Part shown: in pieces, positions 57,459 through 64,000 of the stretch
Layout: the number at the start of each line of letters is the position of its first letter
How positions within the stretch are numbered: position 1 is the first letter of the stretch
NCBI GenBank assembly: GCA_036867785.1
Contig: CP145413.1
Coordinates: forward strand, 1,116,001-1,180,000
DNA length: 64,000 nt
Origin: Plasmodiophora brassicae
Lineage: Eukaryota
Direction of reading: 5' to 3'
Program-made: the position numbers and the translations under genes
The notes under the pieces: model-generated
Told to the model about the DNA's origin: nothing
The model's input: only the letters and a program-made list of their open reading frames with translations
The model's database searches: none

Positions 57459-60400
57459 CTACGGCGACGCCACCTGGAAGCAGGTGTCGCTGAACCAGGC
57501 GTGGTCATCGAGGAAGTGGCCGACCACACGGAGGCCCGCCTTGGCCGCGAACGCCTCGATCTGCGCCAGGTCGTACTTGTACGAATTCTGCCCCCCGGGC
57601 ACCGGTTAGCGTGTCGCACGGTGGTGCCCGCCACGCGCGCGGTTTACCTCGACGTGGATCGATTCGCGCGCCCGGAAGGGTATTTCCAGACGGCGCCCGT
57701 CGCCGTCGACCGTCACGACCAGGTCCTGCTTGGCGACCAGGTGGCTCTCCATGCGGCGACGGTCCGGATTGAACAGCGCCTCGTGCTCGAACTGTTCGCG
57801 CACGATATCCCCGCCCAGCTCGCGATTGATCCGATCCAGCAAGTTGTAGTTGAACTCGGCCGTCACCCCTGCGTCACGTCAGCAAACCGCTTGCCGTGTT
57901 TGAACAACACGAGGCGTTTCTGACCGGCGGCGTCGCTGTAGGCATCGACCATAATGGAATGGTTCTCCTTGACGAGGTCGAAACCAACGATCAACAGATC
58001 GCCAATGTTCAACGCTTCGCGGAGGTCGCGTAGAAGGGCCCCCGCTTTGTCACTGTCATAGTTGCCGATGGAACTGCCCAGGAACAGGACGACATTCGAC
58101 ATGCCCGGCCGGTCGACCTTCGTGGTCCAGCGCAGCGCTTCAACATTGTCACCGAGCAGCAACGTGGCATCGTCGACGTCGACCGCTGACGAGCGCAGGA
58201 CGCTGTGCAGCGCGTTCAGAGCGCCCTGGGAGATGTCGATCGCCGTGTACGACAGCTGGATGCCACGCGAGCGGAGCGCTCGCAGGAACGGGATCGTCTT
58301 CGTCCCATCACCTTCCGCAACGTCAGGCGCTTCCCGCGATGGATTCGCGAGTGGCCCCGACCTGCACCAATCTCGATCAGGTTCACCGAGGCCGGGTTCG
58401 CCAGCCTGGTCAGCAGGTCGGCGATCGCCGGTGCGTGCTTCTGCAGGATGTGGGCCTCCGTCCGCGTCAGATAGTACTCCTTCGTTTCCGTTATCTTCGT
58501 GTACCTGACGCGACGGTTAGCTTGCCAGCGGATCGAGCAATGCAGAACGAATCGCTTCCAGTTCCGATCCACGATCATCGTAGAAGTGCACGGAATCGAT
58601 ACGTTTCGGGTTAGAGCACAGCCCGACACGAACGTCGCCAGCGAACCGATCCGCCGCCGACGCGCTGCCCCAACCCGGGAGCGTCGCGAATCGCATGCGT
58701 TCGCGGCCAGCAACGACGTCACGACAGATGCGGAACTTGGCGAACGGGTAGATGTAATTCCTCTGGTACCTGTGCCACACAACCGCCCCGTTACGAAGAG
58801 AGGCCCAGCTGACGAGCTGGGGGCGAGCAGCAGACCAGTTCCGGAACGAGGGGCGCGTTAGGTTCTCGGTCGTCGCCCAGGATCCCCCTTTCATCACATA
58901 ATGCTTGCCTAGAGCGGGGGCATTCGTTCAACATTGGACCGTGGTACGTCTCTCGGCGGTTCACTGGTACCGTCGAAGAAATCGGCCGAGTAGCCGGGGT
59001 ACGACGCCACCGGTACGAAGTCTTTGGGATCGCCCAGAGGAGCGAACGGCGTTGACGTCCACTCCCATCCGTTGCCAACCAGGTCCCGCACGCCGAACGG
59101 GCTCGCTATTGACCAGCTGAGTTCGCAACGGTCGTCCGTCCAGCGACGACGCCCCGCACCTGAGTTCGACTCGTGCACAGGCTGCGTTCCCCAGTGCCGA
59201 AAGTTGATGTTGACGTCGGCACGCGCGGGGCCCTCGTCTCCCCATGGGAACCGGGCGCGAGCATCACCGTATGCAGCGCGATGATATTCTACACGCAGCA
59301 AACCGGTGTCGACACATCTGAACGGTGAGTCGTTCGGTGGGGACGTTACCGGGTTCGGTCATAAGGCGCCCGCCATGGGACCGGCAGTACGCCTCCGCTT
59401 CGGCGTTCGAGACGAACACGGGATGGTCGGCCACCTCTGACAGCGGCACGTACTCGAACAGCGTTCGCACCAGCCTGCGAGCGGTGCGTCATCAGAGCAA
59501 GATCGGGCGCACGGACGCGTGACCTTGACCATTGCCCCGAGGCATCGTCGCGCTTCCACAGCGCCGGGTGTCGAACCTGGTCCCGGACGATCCACTGCCA
59601 GATGTCTGGTGCCCAGCTGGATTCCTCGCTGTAGGCGCCTTGTCCGACCCATTCCAGGTACTCTGCGTTCGTGACCGGAAGCGATTGCACGTGGAAGGCG
59701 CCCACCTCAACCGACACCTGCGGGAACTCATTGTCCCATCCGACTACGAGCAGCGTTACGAGGTCATCGACGGCAGCGGTTCGGCAATGGGCGTACAGGA
59801 TGTGTCAGAGCGCGCCATGCCCAGGACGGCCGTTCCATCTGGGACGGTGCACTGAACACGGTCCCACGTCGTCGTGCCCGCTGCTCCTGGACGGCGCTCG
59901 GGCACCGATTCGGGACGCGACACGTGCATGGGATCGCATTGCATCATCATGTACAGCAGCGCTGGCAGGGGCGGTCAGCAACGCGGGCACATCCTGAGGC
60001 GGTCGCCGTACGTACTCTCTTGGTGCATCTGCTCGTGCTCGACGATGATATCGACGACGCCGCCGAGGCGCATCTCGTGCAGTGTACCGATGCACCCGAC
60101 GACACGACGGCGGACGTCGTTGACGTAGTGGACGACCGCATCCATGGCCGGCCAAATGTCTTTGTTCGCATCAGCACTGTGCGCATGGCACTCGCCTGTG
60201 GTCACGTCCGGGTCCATGCCACGCTCGCTACGTTCGTTCCAGCACGATCAGCGCCCCGGGGGGACGTATCGCACAAAGTACATACAAGAGAGCGTCGAAG
60301 TCGACGTTGCCCCGGCGTGGAGCGCGTTTGCCCAAGGCGGCGACAACCTGGTTCATGGCGAACGCCGGCAGGTGGCCGACGTAGAACAGGAACGGGTGCC

Positions 60401-60542
60401 GCAACGCGATGGGTCGCAGCAGGAACCCGTCACCGTTCAGGCAGGAGAAGATCTGGTCCGTCCTTGCCCATGTTTCGCGCAACTCCAACGCTTTCGTCAG
60501 CGTCTTCGAATCCGGGCTGCCTTCCACAACGAACGACGCCAT
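57459..60542 (-). CDS. Ergothioneine-type bifunctional enzyme, copy B: N-terminal EgtB/Egt1-like sulfoxide synthase fused to C-terminal EgtD-like histidine methyltransferase (12 exons; one intron has a GG donor)
   Basis: RHPFLFYVGHLPAF, FERGMDPDV, EHEQMHQETLLYM, FGWDNE, GNGWEWT, YPGYSADFFDG and KGGSWAT..FRNWYQ. Then PKRIDS..FYDDRGSEL, EYYLTRTE, IEIGAG, FLGSSIGN, GFDLVK, AYSDAAGVTAEFNYNLL and IHVENSYKY. Confidence 0.88.
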
Positions 60543-60923
60543 GCACTGTGGCGTTCGTTAAACAGAATGCGGGTCGACCGTATGACTGGCCCGAAGGTGG
60601 GCGACCGACGTTCTCGATAACGCGGCAGAGACCCGATGGTGCCCCGTTCCAGAAGACCGCCCGCCGACGTGAAGTCGCACGTGGGGGATGCTGGATGATT
60701 TCTAGCCCAGACGACGAGTGGGAGCGCGACCCCCGTATAACGGCCTGCATTTACCCAGAGAAGCGTCGCTCTGTGACTGTGTAGGGCCAGGCCGCCTAGC
60801 CCTTCGATTGAGTGACCCACGCGAACGAATCTACGATGCGTTTTCGGTTGCTGATCGAAGATTCAGCGTCGACATCTTGCCAGGTCACATGTGCCAGGCC
60901 CATCGGCAACGGAGGACGCTGGT

Positions 60924-63900
60924 CTATTTGGAGACAACTTGGAAACACGTATCGGTGAACCAGGACTTGTCGTCGAGGAAGTGGTGGACCACGTGCAACC
61001 CGACCTTTCCTGCGAACGTCTCGATCTGCCCCAGCTCGTACTTGTACGAATTCTGTGAGCGACGCTGTCGTTTAGGGCATGATCGCTGTGCGGTTAGTGT
61101 GCCGCGATACCTCAATGTGAATGGTTTCACGTGCCCGGAACGGGACCGCCAGACGCTGCCCGTCTTCATCGCCGTCGATGGAGACGACCAGGTCCTGGCT
61201 GGCGACCAGGTGGCTCTCCATCCGGTTGTGCACCGGGTTGAACAACGCCTGGTGCTCAAAGCGAATGCGATCGAAATCGCCGCCCAGTTCGCGATTGACA
61301 CGATCCAGCAAGTTGTAGTTGAATTCGGCGGTCACGCCTGCAGGCAGAAACCTTCAGCAAACCGCTCGACATGCAGGTAGCAACCGCCCCTGACCAGCTG
61401 CGTCGCTGTAGGCATCAATCATAATGGAGTGGTTCTCCTTGACGAGGTCGAAACCAACGATCAACAGATCGCCAACGTTCAACGCATCGCGAAGGTCGTG
61501 TAGAAGGGCCTCCGCTTTGTCATTGTCGTAGTTGCCGATGGAGCTGCCCAGGAACAGGACGACATTCGACATGCCCGGCCGGTCGACCTGCGTGGTCCAC
61601 CGCAGGGCCTCAACGTTATCCCCGAGCAAGAACGTCGCATCGGTGACGTCGACCGCCGACGAGCGCAGGGCGCCTTGCAACGCGTCCAGCGCGCCCTGGG
61701 AAATATCGATCGCAGTGTACGACAGCTGGATGCCACGAGACCGAAGCGCTTGCAGCAATGGGATCGTCTTCTTCCCGTCACCTGCCACAGCCATGGGTTG
61801 GGAACGCGTCGTGCGATCAGCGAACATTCATGGCTAACCCGACCTGCACCGATTTCGATCAGGTTGATGGACGACGGGTTCGGCAGCAGCGTCAGGACGG
61901 CAGCGATCGTTGGCGCATGGTCCTGCAGGATCCGCGTCTCCGTCCGCGTCAGGTAGTACTCCTCCGTTTCCGTGATCATCGCGAACCTATTCGGATTAGG
62001 GGGACCATGCCAGGAAGCACATCTGGCAACCGCTCACAGTTCCGATCCGCGGTCATCATAGAAGTGCATGGAGTCGATGCGCTTCGGGTTCGAGGACAGC
62101 CCAGCACGAACGTCGCGTGCGAACCGACCCTCCAACGACTGCTTGTTCCACCCCGGCAGCGTCACGAACCGGTACGACGTACCGACACTGGCGTCGCGCT
62201 CGTCCGCCTCAATGTCGCGACAGATTCGGAACTTGGCGAACGGGTAGACGTAATTCTTCTGGTACCTGTGCCAGTGTGGGTTCAGACGTCGACGCGCACG
62301 TTTACAGATGACAGGGGCGCAGCGAACCAGTTCCGGAACGACGGGCGCGTCATGTTCGTCGCTGTTGCCCACGATCCCCCCTTCATCACGTAATGCTTCC
62401 CTATCGTGACAGTATCAGGTACCCGCGTCCAGGTTCGATGGCCATTGTCGGTACCGTCGAAGAAGTCGGCCGAGTACCCGGGGTACGATGGCATCGGTGT
62501 GAATTGCAGAGGGTCGCCCAGCGGCATGAACTGGGAAGACGTCCACTCCCACCCGTTGCCAATCAGGTCGCGCACCCCAAACGGGCTCGCTGCGAACCGT
62601 TAAGCGCCAGGCGAAGGGAGCGTCGGCCACAACGCACCTGAATTCGACTGCCACACAGGTTGGGTACCCCAATGCCGAAAGTCAACGTTAACGCCGGCCT
62701 GCTCAGGAGCATCATTGCCCCATGGAAACGGATGACATGTGTCACCGTATGCAGCGCGATGATACTCTACGTCAAACGCATTTTGACATCGTGTACGGAA
62801 GCGAGCGTCGGCTTCAGCGTACCGGGTTCGGTCATGAGTCGACCGCCATGGGACCGGCAGTACGCATCTGCTTCGGCGTTCGAGACGAACACCGGATGGT
62901 CGGCGACTTCCGACAGGGGTACGTACTCGAAAAGCGTACGCACCATCCTGTGGCAGTAAACGTGGGCACACAACCATCCGCTTCAGCGCAGTACTGACCA
63001 CTGCTTTGAGACATCGTCGTACCTCCACAGCGCCGGGTGTCGAATCTGGTCCCGCACGATCCACCGCCAGACGTCTGGTGGCCAGTTGGACTCGACCGTG
63101 TACGCCCCTCCGTCGACCCACTCCAGGTACTCTGCGTTCGTGACAGGAAGCCGTTGCACACGAAAGGCGCCAACGTCAACGGACACCTGCGGAAACTCGT
63201 TGTCCCATCCGACTATCAACAGCATTAGAAAATCACCGACAAGCGGTTCGGCAATGGCATACAGGTCGTGGCACAGCGCGACATGCCCAGCACAGCCTTT
63301 CCCCCAGGGATGGTGCACTGCACCGGTTCGCATGACGCCTTATGCATTGGAGTCAGCGGGCGCTCCCGAAGCGATTCGGGCCGCGACAGGTGCACGGGAT
63401 CGCATTGCATCATCATGTACAACAGTGCTGCAAGGAGACAGCCATCAGAAGCACAGCTCACGCATGGCAAGGCCGCATTACTCTCTTGGTGCATCTGCTC
63501 GTGCTCGATGATGATGTCGACGACATATCCGAGGCGCATCTCAAGCAGGACCTCGACGCACCCCAGGATTCGCTGTCGAGTATCACAAGCATACTTGACG
63601 ACGTCATCAATCGCCGGCCAGACGTCGTTGTTCGCATCGGCGCTGTGCGCGTGACATTCCCCTGTTAGCACGTCCGGGTCCATGCCACGCTCACTACACA
63701 CAGTAAGGGCAGTGTCCAGTTGGAACCGTTGCATGGTGCACGTACAACAGAGCATCGAAGCTGGCGTTGGCGCGAACTGGAGCGAGCTTCCCCAGGGCGA
63801 GGGCGACCTGGTTCATGGCGAACGCGGGTAGGTGGCCGACGTAGAACAGGAACGGGTGCCGCAACGTGATGGGGCGCAGCAGGAACCCGTCGGCAGACAG

Positions 63901-64000
63901 AAAGGAGAAGACCTGGTCCGACCTCGCCCATGCTTTCTGCAGCGCCGCTTCCGTCTTTGTTGACATTGCTCGCGGGTACTGCTCCTTCACGAACGATGCC
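60924..64000 (-). CDS. Ergothioneine-type bifunctional enzyme, copy A (same EgtB-EgtD fusion; the ATG is cut by the window edge)
   Basis: Same motifs and intron positions as copy B. The window ends in (AT)G GCA TCG TTC GTG, giving MASFV as in copy B. All donors checked are GT. Confidence 0.9.

Noticed and set aside
57925-58300. Possible gene-conversion tract between the Egt paralogs (high identity to ~61395-61780)
   Set aside because: Other conserved exons are also very similar and the adjacent introns have diverged, so purifying selection suffices. It would need a sliding dS analysis.
57459-64000. Calling the fusion genes ovothiol synthase OvoA
   Set aside because: The domain order fits, but the methyltransferase has EgtD motifs (EYYLTRTE, GSSIGN, GVTAEFN, ENSYKY) and the synthase has Egt1-like FERGMDPDV.
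1-64000. CRISPR arrays, rRNA, tRNA or prokaryotic operons
   Set aside because: None seen. The DNA is spliceosomal-intron-containing eukaryotic sequence with no regularly spaced repeats.

Overview
Gene-dense eukaryotic DNA with high GC, short (~50-60 nt) GT-AG introns with CTAAC-like branch points, and very short intergenic spacers. The style suggests a compact protist genome such as a plasmodiophorid; this is an inference. From 5' to 3' the window holds: TGS1; three adjacent signal-peptide proteins; an atypical bZIP; glyoxalase II; an ELYS-like nucleoporin; mitochondrial uS9; a single-domain globin split by an intact Ty3/gypsy chromovirus (identical 197-bp LTRs, CAGTG target-site duplication); DIS3L2; an EF-hand protein; two 195-nt U1 snRNA genes flanking a pogo-like remnant; a divergent 14-3-3; ING; an ankyrin pseudogene; a VPS13-family gene with C2 domains; a stand-alone double-receiver response regulator; Rav1/DMXL; STN1; ADA2; a probably inactive carboxylesterase; and two tandem 12-exon genes fusing an EgtB/Egt1-type sulfoxide synthase to a C-terminal EgtD-type histidine methyltransferase. 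That domain order is the reverse of fungal Egt1, and one copy has a GG splice donor near the start of the methyltransferase domain. Exon boundaries were read by eye and family calls come from motif recognition, not database searches.
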